A DNA stretch of 64,000 nt from Escherichia phage NiC89, in the sequence record LC620505.1. The stretch is one strand, 5' to 3'. The notes below the pieces were generated by a model. It did not search any database. It worked only from the letters and a program-made list of their open reading frames with translations, and was not told where the DNA came from. This document shows, piece by piece, positions 48,314 through 57,564 of this stretch (the stretch's first letter is position 1; the number at the start of each line of letters is the position of its first letter). A program made the translations under genes and the position numbers.

Positions 48314-48520
48314 TCATAGTTGCCACCATTTTTTGACTTGATAAGAATCAACCCACACTTTCATATTAGGGTCTGCTCTTACAATAGGAGGATTAACTTC
48401 TTTAATTGAACTATCATGGTATTCTTTTTCAGAAATTTTCACACAAAGATGACCATTCAAAGATTCAGTAAATCCTGCATTAATTTTAAGACGCTTGAAT
48501 TTTACGTGTGTAAGCATCAA
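48314..48520 (-). CDS. Hypothetical protein, 68 aa
   Basis: ORF. Confidence 0.4.
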   Translation of the reverse strand: MMLTHVKFKRLKINAGFTESLNGHLCVKISEKEYHDSSIKEVNPPIVRADPNMKVWVDSYQVKKWWQL

Positions 48521-48803
48521 TCATATCCTCAATCTGCGATCTAGTAGTCTTCCAAAGAATACTAATGAGTTCATCGTTATATGGCTGTTTTAGAATATCC
48601 CGACTTTTCTTGATAGCATATTCGTATTGAGCAAAATTATTATTTTCAGCTGCAATCTGAGCGTGCTTATAAAGACGATTCAGTTCGCGTTTGTTTTTAG
48701 ACAATAACTTATTTGCTTTTCTTTCTGCTTCAAGACGGTTCTTTTCTTCAATAGAAGAAATAAGCTTTTCCACTTCATCATTAATTTCGGGTTTATCAGT
48801 CAT
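48486..48803 (-). CDS. Hypothetical protein, 105 aa
   Basis: ORF. Confidence 0.45.
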   Translation of the reverse strand: MTDKPEINDEVEKLISSIEEKNRLEAERKANKLLSKNKRELNRLYKHAQIAAENNNFAQYEYAIKKSRDILKQPYNDELISILWKTTRSQIEDMIDAYTRKIQAS

Positions 48804-48804
48804 A

Positions 48805-49023
48805 TTATTTCTCTAATATAAAATAAAAATCATCATCTGTTAAATGATACCGATAGTTTAATTCTACACCATTAGATTTAAAAGCGGTATCATACGGATT
48901 TTCTGGATCAATATCAATGTCAAGAGCTAAAACTTCCCTGAGATACATTTTAAGTAAATAGGGAATAGCTTCAACTTCAGGTATTTCTTCCAAGAATCCG
49001 GAGAGGTTAATCGTTAGCCTCAT
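48805..49023 (-). CDS. Hypothetical protein, 72 aa
   Basis: ORF. Confidence 0.45.
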
Positions 49024-49564
49024 ATAAAAAATCCAAACTAGGAGAATCGTCTACAACACTTTTCTTTTCAGCCCCCGGTGTTCTATAGGTTGATTCTTCG
49101 TAATGCGTCATTTTATCATAGATGTCTTGAATAAAAGTTTCATCTACTAACGCAACCATATCGTCGTCACGGCTGTCATAGACATTGTGAACGAAATAAC
49201 TATATTTCTTTGCAACTTCCTTACGTTCTTTTTTAATACGCTGGACGAATGCATTAAAACAAGCTTGAGTTATATATGCATGTGGGTTTTTATATTTCGT
49301 TTCATCAAAATTGTGAAGCCCCTTAATAGAAGCTTCTATACCATCTGCAATCATTTCTTGTTTCCAAGACTGGGTGTATCCTGAAAAGTTGAAACGTTTA
49401 GATAAGCCTTCTGCAATAAGCATAATGGCTAATCCGATAGTATCATTCTGACGAACTACTTTATTTGGGTCTTTATTATTTGCTAATTCTGTTTTCCAAT
49501 CAATAATAGCTTGTAAAAGCTCTTTATTGTTTACGTAATTATATTTAGGCTTAGTTTCTGACAT
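49007..49564 (-). CDS. 55: Late sigma factor gp55
   Basis: Track ORF 187 aa; Met-3 start gives 185 aa as in T4. Confidence 0.8.
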
Positions 49565-49642
49565 TTTCACCTCTTAGCTCAATTCATAGATCTATTATAT
49601 CATAATATTTGAAGATCTATCTTAAAGCATAGAGGATATCAG

Positions 49643-49912
49643 TTATCTAAGTAAACAGTATGCTTGGAACACTTTCTCCATCATCTTTTTAAATTCATGA
49701 ATATCTATATAATGACTAGTTAGATCAGCATGATATAAAAAGTCTAAAAACTTTTCATGTGTACTAGCATATTCGCTTTCATTTAATTCAGAAACATGGC
49801 TTTCCCAATATCCAACACCAGTCTTATTTGGGAAAAATGAAATTTTCATGTATTGATCAACATAGAAAATGCCATAATTTTCAATAGTAATAGAAATATT
49901 AATAAATTTCAT
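49643..49912 (-). CDS. Hypothetical protein, 89 aa
   Basis: ORF. Confidence 0.45.
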   Translation of the reverse strand: MKFINISITIENYGIFYVDQYMKISFFPNKTGVGYWESHVSELNESEYASTHEKFLDFLYHADLTSHYIDIHEFKKMMEKVFQAYCLLR

Positions 49913-50124
49913 ACATTCATCAGCTTAGCCGCTCCAAGAGCTGCATCTAGTGAATCAAATTGGTCAACATATTCAATCAATTCGCCATAATTGGCATATA
50001 ACCACCATTGGCTAAATTCATACTCAAGGATGAATCCGTTTCCTTCAATTTGAGTTAAACCAATGCCATTTGTATTTACTTCATATCCAGCAAGACGTAA
50101 ATCGTTAATAAGAGCTTCGTTCAT
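49909..50124 (-). CDS. Hypothetical protein, 71 aa
   Basis: ORF. Confidence 0.45.
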   Translation of the reverse strand: MNEALINDLRLAGYEVNTNGIGLTQIEGNGFILEYEFSQWWLYANYGELIEYVDQFDSLDAALGAAKLMNV

Positions 50125-50126
50125 AA

Positions 50127-50453
50127 TTATACCTTAGTAATTTTCAGGTCTGCAAATTTTTTCTTGCGTTGATTTTTCATGCGACGAATAGTTTTATCGG
50201 AAATTTCATGCTTTTGATAAGCTTTAGATTCTACACCAAAAGCTTTAACATCAAATTCTGACAAGATATATTGAACCAATAATTCACGGACAGTATTGCG
50301 TCCAATCTTCTGATCATTCTGTTTCATCGTTTGATGAAGCTCTTTTTCCCATTTATCCAAAATTTGAGGAGTTACAATATCGCCTTTTTCTAGCAAAGAA
50401 ACTACTTTATCATATGCGTAAGAATTGATGGCGTTTTTAATTTGAATAGTCAT
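50127..50453 (-). CDS. Hypothetical protein, 108 aa
   Basis: ORF. Confidence 0.5.
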   Translation of the reverse strand: MTIQIKNAINSYAYDKVVSLLEKGDIVTPQILDKWEKELHQTMKQNDQKIGRNTVRELLVQYILSEFDVKAFGVESKAYQKHEISDKTIRRMKNQRKKKFADLKITKV

Positions 50454-50491
50454 ACATTATCCTCAATTGCATTAAAATTTTATTATCCAAA

Positions 50492-50507
50492 AAGGGCCGA
50501 AGCCCTT
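50492..50507 (-). terminator. UUCG-loop hairpin (aagggc-cgaa-gccctt)
   Basis: Same core as 10473, 10702, 42144, 46852. Confidence 0.45.
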
Positions 50508-50706
50508 AGCTAAACTTTTTGGCACCCTTCCAGCCTTCGTACATCATTGCGGCTGATATTAATATTGCTCCTGAGCAACTTGAATATTTGTGATTCCAAA
50601 ACCAGTTTAGAAAAACTTCGTCATCAATACCTTGTGCTATCATATTTTCAAAGAACTGACGACGAGCTTCGGCAATTCGCTGCGATAATTTAGATTCAGG
50701 ATTCAT
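50506..50706 (-). CDS. Hypothetical protein, 66 aa
   Basis: ORF. Confidence 0.45.
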   Translation of the reverse strand: MNPESKLSQRIAEARRQFFENMIAQGIDDEVFLNWFWNHKYSSCSGAILISAAMMYEGWKGAKKFS

Positions 50707-50845
50707 TTAAATTTCCCAATTACCATTTTCATCAATAAATTTAATCCAGTCATTTACTGACCACTTAGTTGTATCGCCTTTTGGAGTAACATTTAAAGTG
50801 TATAACCCCTGCTTAAAAAGCATTCGTTTGATATTCATATTTTCC

Positions 50846-51184
50846 TCAGCTATAACGATAACACTCGTTTGATTTACGTTTAGCAACTCGTTGAGAAGTA
50901 TTATAATCAAAATCATCGTCAATGTAAACTGATTTTTTCAACTTTCTTACTTCACCACGTAATTGGCGATTTAGCTCATCTTTAACTTCTGAATCAATAC
51001 CTTTCATTCTACGCCATTTATCTGAGCGAAAAATGTTTTCAACCATATCTTTATGACTTACACCATCAGGAGCTTTACGCTTTCCGAAATAGTCATAATC
51101 ACGCACTTTTAAGTCTTTACGACGATACGTTTTACCCATGGAGTTTAATTTCCTTAGCAACTGAACTAAATACAGCACGATCAC
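50846..51184 (-). CDS. Hypothetical basic protein, 112 aa
   Basis: ORF. Confidence 0.45.
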   Translation of the reverse strand: MIVLYLVQLLRKLNSMGKTYRRKDLKVRDYDYFGKRKAPDGVSHKDMVENIFRSDKWRRMKGIDSEVKDELNRQLRGEVRKLKKSVYIDDDFDYNTSQRVAKRKSNECYRYS

Positions 51185-51311
51185 AAATCAAACGTTTGTT
51201 CCATTTAAGCAAAGTATAATGAACATCTAAATCATCGACTGCTGTAACAATAACGATATGTCCGTTAACACGATAGTACTGGTCAATTTTAATCTCTTTA
51301 TCAATCATATC
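51141..51311 (-). CDS. Hypothetical protein, 56 aa (not in ORF track)
   Basis: Hand-translated MIDKEIKIDQYYRVNGHIVIVTAVDDLDVHYTLLKWNKRLI... Confidence 0.35.
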
Positions 51312-51338
51312 AATTCCTCAAAGGTAATTCATATGTTA

Positions 51339-51369
51339 ATAATACCACGGTTTGAACTTGTTGTAAACA
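51339..51369 (-). promoter_or_regulatory. T4-type early promoter
   Basis: GTTTAC (51364-51369), ~19-bp spacer, TGGTATTAT. Confidence 0.5.
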
Positions 51370-51449
51370 ACTTTGTGAAAAATATTTTAGGGAATGATAA
51401 GAAAGGAACGATAGCTTAGAATGGTAATATACAGAATGTAAGAAAGAAA

Positions 51450-51462
51450 GGCCCAGAGGGCC
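51450..51462 (-). terminator. Hairpin (ggccc-aga-gggcc)
   Basis: 5-bp GC stem just 3' of the nrdH-like stop. Confidence 0.35.
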
Positions 51463-51466
51463 CGTC

Positions 51467-51790
51467 TTAGTCTTCTATGATATCTCTATCATATCCAAGT
51501 GAAATGAGAGTTTCTTTGAATTGTTTAATGTTCTTTTGTCTAGAATCATTAATGAAAATGACAGGATACCGAATATTAAGAGATGTGAATCCGGCGCGTT
51601 TGGCAAGAGATACAATCAATGGGCGATCGTACTCAATCTTACCATTATTAGTAAGAACTTTATAGAAAGTAAAAGGAGCATTGAGCTCCTTTAGAAGTTT
51701 TGTAACTGATTGACATCCAGGACAACGACCTACTTCATCTGGAATTCCATAGACTTCAATCTTATTCTTTAAGTTCAAGTTTTGTTCCAC
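51467..51790 (-). CDS. nrdH: Glutaredoxin-like protein (NrdH-like), start uncertain
   Basis: Domain KIEVYGIPDEVGRCPGCQ...; no in-frame ATG near the domain start; in-frame GTG at 51788-51790 and TTG at 51776-51778; the only ATG (51919) adds a 50-aa hydrophobic extension overlapping the upstream ORF. Confidence 0.5.
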   Translation of the reverse strand: MEQNLNLKNKIEVYGIPDEVGRCPGCQSVTKLLKELNAPFTFYKVLTNNGKIEYDRPLIVSLAKRAGFTSLNIRYPVIFINDSRQKNIKQFKETLISLGYDRDIIED

Positions 51791-52073
51791 GAGAAATAAT
51801 TCCTTGGTAAGCCCAATAAGGAGGATTAACAGAATCCTCACCAGAGTTTTCTTCAGGAAAATAAACCTGGATAACGAAGCCGGATTCATCAAAGGTGAAA
51901 TAAGTAGTAGGCAGTTCACCTAACAAATCGGCACGAGCGTTGATTTCTTCGAGGTCTTGTTCACGTCCAGCCCAGAAGCTTGGGTTCAGACTACATTCAT
52001 AGAAATAATAGTCATTACCGAACATATCAAAACCATTCCAACTCTCTACTACATACCGCTCAAAACTAATCAT
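51762..52073 (-). CDS. Hypothetical protein, 103 aa
   Basis: ORF whose stop overlaps the glutaredoxin-like frame. Confidence 0.45.
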   Translation of the reverse strand: MISFERYVVESWNGFDMFGNDYYFYECSLNPSFWAGREQDLEEINARADLLGELPTTYFTFDESGFVIQVYFPEENSGEDSVNPPYWAYQGIISRGTKLELKE

Positions 52074-52075
52074 AA

Positions 52076-52291
52076 TTAAGCCTTTTTATCAAGAACAGCA
52101 TTCAGCTTGTTAGTAATTTTATCCAGACGCTCATTGAACTCACTAGAAGATAAGCCCTTTTCTGGAGAAATTAAACTAATAACGAAAAATACAACAATAA
52201 AAGGAATAAGGAAAATAGCTCCAACTGCCATAAACAAAAAGAACGTTACAGTTGTAAGAAAATCAGCTAAACCTTTACGAAATTTATACAT
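52076..52291 (-). CDS. Small membrane protein, 71 aa
   Basis: One TM segment; ORF. Confidence 0.45.
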   Translation of the reverse strand: MYKFRKGLADFLTTVTFFLFMAVGAIFLIPFIVVFFVISLISPEKGLSSSEFNERLDKITNKLNAVLDKKA

Positions 52292-52405
52292 ATTTACCCT
52301 TAATTAATTAACCAAGCATTGATAAGCACTAAACTATATTGCGAATAAAATTCTGGACCAAAATGAAAAATCATATCATTTATAGTATCCATAATGTAAT
52401 TCAAT

Positions 52406-52876
52406 TTAATCATGTGTCCACACCCCATCGGTATTTGACCAAAGTCGCTGATTATCTGATCCTCGCCACAGCTTTTTGGTCGGAAGATTTTTCTCATACT
52501 TCCCATCAATAATAACATCAACATATTTAAGCATTTCTAGTTGTTTAATATCTTCAAACTTATATCCTGTCCACAACCAAATGCTTTTATTGGGATAAAG
52601 ATTTTTAATAGTTTGAACCACAGAGTGAATCACGTCTCTGTTATCAGGATAAAGAGGGTCACCCCCGGTTATAGTTAATCCTTCTATATAATCATTATTC
52701 AAACATTCAATCAATTGTTCTAGTGTTTCACCAGTGAATGGAATACCATTTCTAGCATTCCATGTTGATTTATTATAACACCCTTCGCATTTATGCAAAC
52801 AACCTGTAACGAAAAGAACGACCCTGCATCCAGGGCCATTCACAAAATCGCAAGGATAAAATCTATCATAATTCAT
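52406..52876 (-). CDS. nrdG: Anaerobic ribonucleotide reductase activating protein NrdG (radical SAM)
   Basis: 156 aa; CxxxCxxC cluster (CLHKCEGC). Confidence 0.85.
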   Translation of the reverse strand: MNYDRFYPCDFVNGPGCRVVLFVTGCLHKCEGCYNKSTWNARNGIPFTGETLEQLIECLNNDYIEGLTITGGDPLYPDNRDVIHSVVQTIKNLYPNKSIWLWTGYKFEDIKQLEMLKYVDVIIDGKYEKNLPTKKLWRGSDNQRLWSNTDGVWTHD

Positions 52877-54690
52877 TGATGCTTAACCCTATGCATGATT
52901 TCTTTATTTTTACCGAGATTAAATCCGCGTTCGTTCGGATTTCCCAAATAACCGCATGTTCTTCTTATGGTATTCATCTTTTTGGGATCAGTTTCTCCAC
53001 AAATAGAACAAACAAATCCGTTTTCAGTAGGAGTCATTTCATGGGTACTTCCACATGTAAAACATTTATCTACTGGCATGTTAACACCAAAATAATCTAA
53101 ATGTTGTGCAGCATAATCCCATACAGCCTCAAGACCTTTTAAGTTATTTTTCATATCAGGAAGTTCAACATAAGAAATATGACCACCTGTCGCAATGAAA
53201 TGATATGGCGCTTCACGAGAAATCTTTTCAAACGGAGTAATATTTTCTTCTACTGAAACATGGAAACTATTAGTGTACCAACCTTTATCGGTAACATCCT
53301 TTACACTTCCATATTTTTCGGTATCAAGTTTACAGAAGCGATAACAAAGGTTTTCAGCAGGAGTAGAATACAAACTAAAAGCAAACCCAGTTCTTTCAGT
53401 CCACTGTTTAAGACGAGCATTCATTTTAGTTAAAATTTCCTGTCCAATATCACGACCGACAAGAATATTCAATTCGTGAATACCAATGTATCCTAGAGAC
53501 ACTGAACTTCTGCCATTTTTAAATAACTCAATTATATCGTCATCAGGTTTAAGACGAACCCCGAATGCACCTTCTTGGTAAAGAATAGGAGCAACAGTCG
53601 CTTTAACTCCTTTTAAGGAACTAATTCTACACATCAAAGCTTCAAAACATAAATCCATTCGTTCATTGAACAATTCGATAAATTTCTGTTCATTGAACTG
53701 TGTTCCAATATAAGAATCTAATGCGATACGAGGAAGATTCAGTGTTACAACACCAAGATTATTACGACCGTCAAGAATTTCATTACCGGTTGAATCTTTC
53801 CACACGCTCAAGAAACTACGACAACCCATTGGAGAAACAGGAATAGATGAGCCAGTGATAGCTTTATTGTTCTTAGCTGAAATAATATCAGGATACATTC
53901 TTTTGCTTGCGCACTCTAGAGCAAGCTGTTTAATATCATAGTTCGGGTCGTCTTTATAAAGATTAACACCTTCTTCAACGAACATAACAAGCTTAGGGAA
54001 AATAGGAGTTATCCCATCACGACCAAGACCTTTAATACGATTTTTCAGAATTGCTTTCTGAATCATTCGTTCAGTCCAGTCAGTTCCTGTACCAAATGTA
54101 ATTGTTACAAAAGGTGTTTGTCCGTTTGAACTAAAGAGAGTATTTACTTCATATTCATAAGCTTGGAATGCATCGTATACATCTTTTTCTGTTTTAGATT
54201 GAGCATAATTTAACGCATCAGCGATTTGCCATTTTTCTGCATCCTCAATATGTTTTGCATAGGTGCGTTTAACATAAGGAGAAAGTACTTTATCTACATT
54301 AGCAAAAGTCGTTCCGCCATATTGGTGAGAAGCAACCTGTGCAGTAATTTGTGCCATAATTGCAGTAGCAACACCGATTGATTTAGGAGTTTCAATCTGT
54401 GCATTACCTAGCTTAAATCCGTTCTCAAGCATTCCTTTTAAATCTACTAAACAACAATTAGTAAATGGAAGAGCAGGGGAATAATCAATATCGTGGAAAT
54501 GAATAATTCCGCTTTCATGCGCTTTCATAATAAAAGACGGGACCATATTTTTGGCAATGTGCTTAGACACAATACCAGCCATAAGGTCCCGTTGAGTTGG
54601 AAAAACACGAGAATCTTTATTAGCATTCTCGTTTAAAAGGTCTTTATTAGTTTTATGAATCAATCCTTCAATTTCTTTTTCAATTGTCAT
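52873..54690 (-). CDS. nrdD: Anaerobic ribonucleoside-triphosphate reductase NrdD, uninterrupted
   Basis: 605 aa; C-terminal glycyl-radical motif RRTCGYLG and Zn-ribbon cysteines; a single continuous ORF. Confidence 0.95.
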   Translation of the reverse strand: MTIEKEIEGLIHKTNKDLLNENANKDSRVFPTQRDLMAGIVSKHIAKNMVPSFIMKAHESGIIHFHDIDYSPALPFTNCCLVDLKGMLENGFKLGNAQIETPKSIGVATAIMAQITAQVASHQYGGTTFANVDKVLSPYVKRTYAKHIEDAEKWQIADALNYAQSKTEKDVYDAFQAYEYEVNTLFSSNGQTPFVTITFGTGTDWTERMIQKAILKNRIKGLGRDGITPIFPKLVMFVEEGVNLYKDDPNYDIKQLALECASKRMYPDIISAKNNKAITGSSIPVSPMGCRSFLSVWKDSTGNEILDGRNNLGVVTLNLPRIALDSYIGTQFNEQKFIELFNERMDLCFEALMCRISSLKGVKATVAPILYQEGAFGVRLKPDDDIIELFKNGRSSVSLGYIGIHELNILVGRDIGQEILTKMNARLKQWTERTGFAFSLYSTPAENLCYRFCKLDTEKYGSVKDVTDKGWYTNSFHVSVEENITPFEKISREAPYHFIATGGHISYVELPDMKNNLKGLEAVWDYAAQHLDYFGVNMPVDKCFTCGSTHEMTPTENGFVCSICGETDPKKMNTIRRTCGYLGNPNERGFNLGKNKEIMHRVKHQ

Positions 54691-55160
54691 TTTAAACTCT
54701 TTCTAAGCTGCTTCTTAAATGAAGCTATTAATTGTGTTTTGGTGTCAGATTCATTATATTCAAATCCTCTTTGAAGCATCTCGGCCATCATTTCCTCTTT
54801 TCCTAAACGAGAAAATTCCTTTGATTTATCTCCAACAAAGTTAGGGTGAATATTATTTTGAGTGTAATCAGATTTTAAATAAGTAAGTAAATTTTCTAAC
54901 CATTCAAGATAATCAACACCTTGCCCCTTTAAACCAGAACGATTAAATTTATGTTTCATTTGACCTTCTGCGGCATTGCAGAGATTACAAAGCAATCCAC
55001 GCACCTTTCCTGCTTTTGGTCCATTTAATTCATGGTCATGGTCAAGGTGATTAGCTTGAACATCAGGATTTAGTTCTCGTTGGCAAATTAAGCATTTACC
55101 ATTTTGTGCATCATAAAATTTCTGTTTTTCTTCTTTATATAATTTGCCAGTCAATAACAT
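54687..55160 (-). CDS. 49: Endonuclease VII (gp49), Holliday junction resolvase
   Basis: 157 aa, same length as T4 EndoVII; N-terminal sequence and Cys/His zinc site recognised. Confidence 0.8.
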   Translation of the reverse strand: MLLTGKLYKEEKQKFYDAQNGKCLICQRELNPDVQANHLDHDHELNGPKAGKVRGLLCNLCNAAEGQMKHKFNRSGLKGQGVDYLEWLENLLTYLKSDYTQNNIHPNFVGDKSKEFSRLGKEEMMAEMLQRGFEYNESDTKTQLIASFKKQLRKSLK

Positions 55161-55201
55161 AATAAACCCTTACCTTAAATAGATAAGGGTATTTATTATT
55201 T

Positions 55202-55378
55202 TCAAGTATTGTAAAAGGCTCGATGCAATCGCTTATACTGCCGAATCATCTTTTTAGTAGGACGAGAATAAGTTCCTACACAAGTGGTCATATTAGGGTC
55301 GGTAGGACTTCCTTTAATAAAAAGTTTCCAAACCTTACCGCCATTTAACTTTTCAGTATAAATCAATTCAGTTTTCAT
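55202..55378 (-). CDS. Hypothetical protein, 58 aa (not in ORF track)
   Basis: Hand-translated MKTELIYTEKLNGGKVWKLFIKGSPTDPNMTTCVGTYSRP... Confidence 0.35.
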   Translation of the reverse strand: MKTELIYTEKLNGGKVWKLFIKGSPTDPNMTTCVGTYSRPTKKMIRQYKRLHRAFYNT

Positions 55379-55842
55379 TAAAACGCTCGGTCAGAAAAAG
55401 ATTTTTGAGTTTCAAGCCATTCAATATATTCTGCGGCAGCTTGCATCAGGTTACCTTCATAGCCATCGTTATTTTCTTGTGCAGCTAATTTAGCTAATGC
55501 GTATGAAATACGTTCACCTTGAAAATCAGCTTTAGGCTTCTGAACAACTTGATTAGTTCGCTCTACAACTTCTTCAATTTCGCCATTTTCAACGGATTCA
55601 GTATTCCATAAGCACCAATACGTAATTGGCTTATCATAGATATTAATAATCTTTCCGTCGGAAAGTTCAATTTCAATAATTCCAGTATCAGGCTCTATAT
55701 CATCTTCACATTCTTTTGCAAGTTCACGAACTTTAAAGACAGTACCTGCGCTAAGTTCCGGCCAGTAATTACACAGCCCTGTATCAGCACGATTAATTCT
55801 AAACCACTTATCTACTGTAATCATGTCCCATCTCCATATCAA
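55378..55842 (-). CDS. Hypothetical protein, 154 aa (Pin-like by position only)
   Basis: ORF between gene 49 and nrdC. Confidence 0.45.
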   Translation of the reverse strand: MIWRWDMITVDKWFRINRADTGLCNYWPELSAGTVFKVRELAKECEDDIEPDTGIIEIELSDGKIINIYDKPITYWCLWNTESVENGEIEEVVERTNQVVQKPKADFQGERISYALAKLAAQENNDGYEGNLMQAAAEYIEWLETQKSFSDRAF

Positions 55843-55947
55843 TTAAGTCATTTATCGTTGGTTCATTATATACTGTTTCTTCATCAGTGTAAACCGGTTC
55901 TTCCGGCTCTGGCTCTACAGTTTCCCATCTAGCCGCCCACCAAGGTT

Positions 55948-56268
55948 TTATAGCGTAATCCATTCTCGTACTGTCTGAGTTACTACACGTTCATGGGGCT
56001 CTACTAGTTCAACAGTCGGAACTGCATAATACCAGTCAGAATGATAAGAACCTGACCGAGATTCATTTACAGCCACATGTACATTATGTTTTGGACTAAA
56101 GTAAACACACTGACGATATTGACATTTACCATCTTGCACCCAGTCTTCTATTTCGACAGGTTTAAGATAATCGGAAAAATCGAAATCATAGTTTTCCGAA
56201 AATGCATCATGGTCTTCAATGATTTCGCTCAGAACTGCATCAACATCTAATTTATTTTCAATAGTCAT
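55948..56268 (-). CDS. Hypothetical protein, 106 aa
   Basis: ORF. Confidence 0.45.
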   Translation of the reverse strand: MTIENKLDVDAVLSEIIEDHDAFSENYDFDFSDYLKPVEIEDWVQDGKCQYRQCVYFSPKHNVHVAVNESRSGSYHSDWYYAVPTVELVEPHERVVTQTVREWITL

Positions 56269-56451
56269 TTTTCACCAATTAATTTCGCAATTTATTAAGT
56301 TCTTCATCATCAATCCAGGATTCTAGTCCTGATGGCAGGTCACATTCAATTTCCCAAAGAAGTTCTTCAATTTTCTGAAGACGATCTAGTTCTTCGGCTG
56401 GAATAGTAACCATTGACGGAGCTCGTGATACATTAATATCGTAAATCATAT

Positions 56452-56667
56452 TTACCCCAATTTAGCCATGCAATCGCCGTATTTCCACTTAGAAATAGAC
56501 TTTTCGCCATTAGAATAATAAACTTCGAGTTTAGCACGATTATTTTTAATTTGAATAACCTTTGCTGTCATCAAAGTTCCATACCCATAATAAACTGCAA
56601 CCTCATCACCTACATATACCGCGCTTCCGCGGTAGTCATGGATATAATCAGTCCCTTCGAGCATCAT
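56452..56667 (-). CDS. Hypothetical protein, 71 aa
   Basis: ORF immediately downstream of nrdC. Confidence 0.45.
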   Translation of the reverse strand: MMLEGTDYIHDYRGSAVYVGDEVAVYYGYGTLMTAKVIQIKNNRAKLEVYYSNGEKSISKWKYGDCMAKLG

Positions 56668-56927
56668 TTAAAGTATTCCCGCAATTGGTCAAATCCACCA
56701 ATATGACTTCCATCAGGAGCAAATACCTGAGGCATTGTCAAGCCGATTTGAGTATCACGACCTAGTTTAGTCAGAAGCTCAGCAATTTTCTCATCATCAA
56801 AAACACCTTTTTCCGGCATAATGTTGATAAATTCAAACGGCTGTTTCTTCACGGTCAAAAGACGTTTTGCATTATCGCAATACACACATTTATGAATGTT
56901 GCTATCATAACCATATACTTTAAACAT
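56664..56927 (-). CDS. nrdC: Thioredoxin/glutaredoxin NrdC
   Basis: 87 aa, same length as T4 NrdC; CVYC active site. Confidence 0.75.
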   Translation of the reverse strand: MFKVYGYDSNIHKCVYCDNAKRLLTVKKQPFEFINIMPEKGVFDDEKIAELLTKLGRDTQIGLTMPQVFAPDGSHIGGFDQLREYFK

Positions 56928-56971
56928 ATTATTCCTTAATTCCTAGTACTTGTTTAAAAGTCTCGTCGTAA

Positions 56972-57172
56972 TCAAGACTTTGGCCCCGTTTGTTCTTTAT
57001 GTTTGTATATAATATCACTTACTTCTGATAGCATATTTTTGTATGAACGAGTTACAGCAGATTTAAGCACGCTGTATCTATCAGGAAATTTACCATGTTC
57101 ATTATAATAAGCTATTGCTAATTCACGGACTGCCTTTTCAGCAGCCTCCATATATTCTTTACGCTTGGTCAT
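56972..57172 (-). CDS. Hypothetical protein, 66 aa
   Basis: ORF. Confidence 0.45.
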   Translation of the reverse strand: MTKRKEYMEAAEKAVRELAIAYYNEHGKFPDRYSVLKSAVTRSYKNMLSEVSDIIYKHKEQTGPKS

Positions 57173-57174
57173 TT

Positions 57175-57564
57175 TTAATCCAAAATATTATTAGGCATTG
57201 GTTGAACACTCACAAGTTCTTTAAAGAACTCAGTAGAGTCAGGCAATTTAACCATTTCCGGAGCATGCTTACTGAATTTATGTTTACATTGACGGCATTT
57301 ATATTCAAGCTCTGGTTTACGCCAGTTAATCAACTGAACTTGTTCAGTACCGCATTCAGGGCAATTAGGAACGTTTTTAGAAGCTCTTTCACGTCGTTCA
57401 ACCATAGCCATAATAGCATCCCATGCTGGAGGTTTAAAATCTAAATCGTCGCAGCCGTGAATCTTTCCACGCATTTCCATATCATCTTCCTCACCAGCCA
57501 TAATAATTTTAATTAAACTGGAATTACTTGAAGCTGCAATGTCTTCTAATAAACGCTTTTTCAT
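57175..57564 (-). CDS. Hypothetical zinc-finger protein, 129 aa
   Basis: CPECG...CRQCKHKF pair. Confidence 0.5.
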   Translation of the reverse strand: MKKRLLEDIAASSNSSLIKIIMAGEEDDMEMRGKIHGCDDLDFKPPAWDAIMAMVERRERASKNVPNCPECGTEQVQLINWRKPELEYKCRQCKHKFSKHAPEMVKLPDSTEFFKELVSVQPMPNNILD

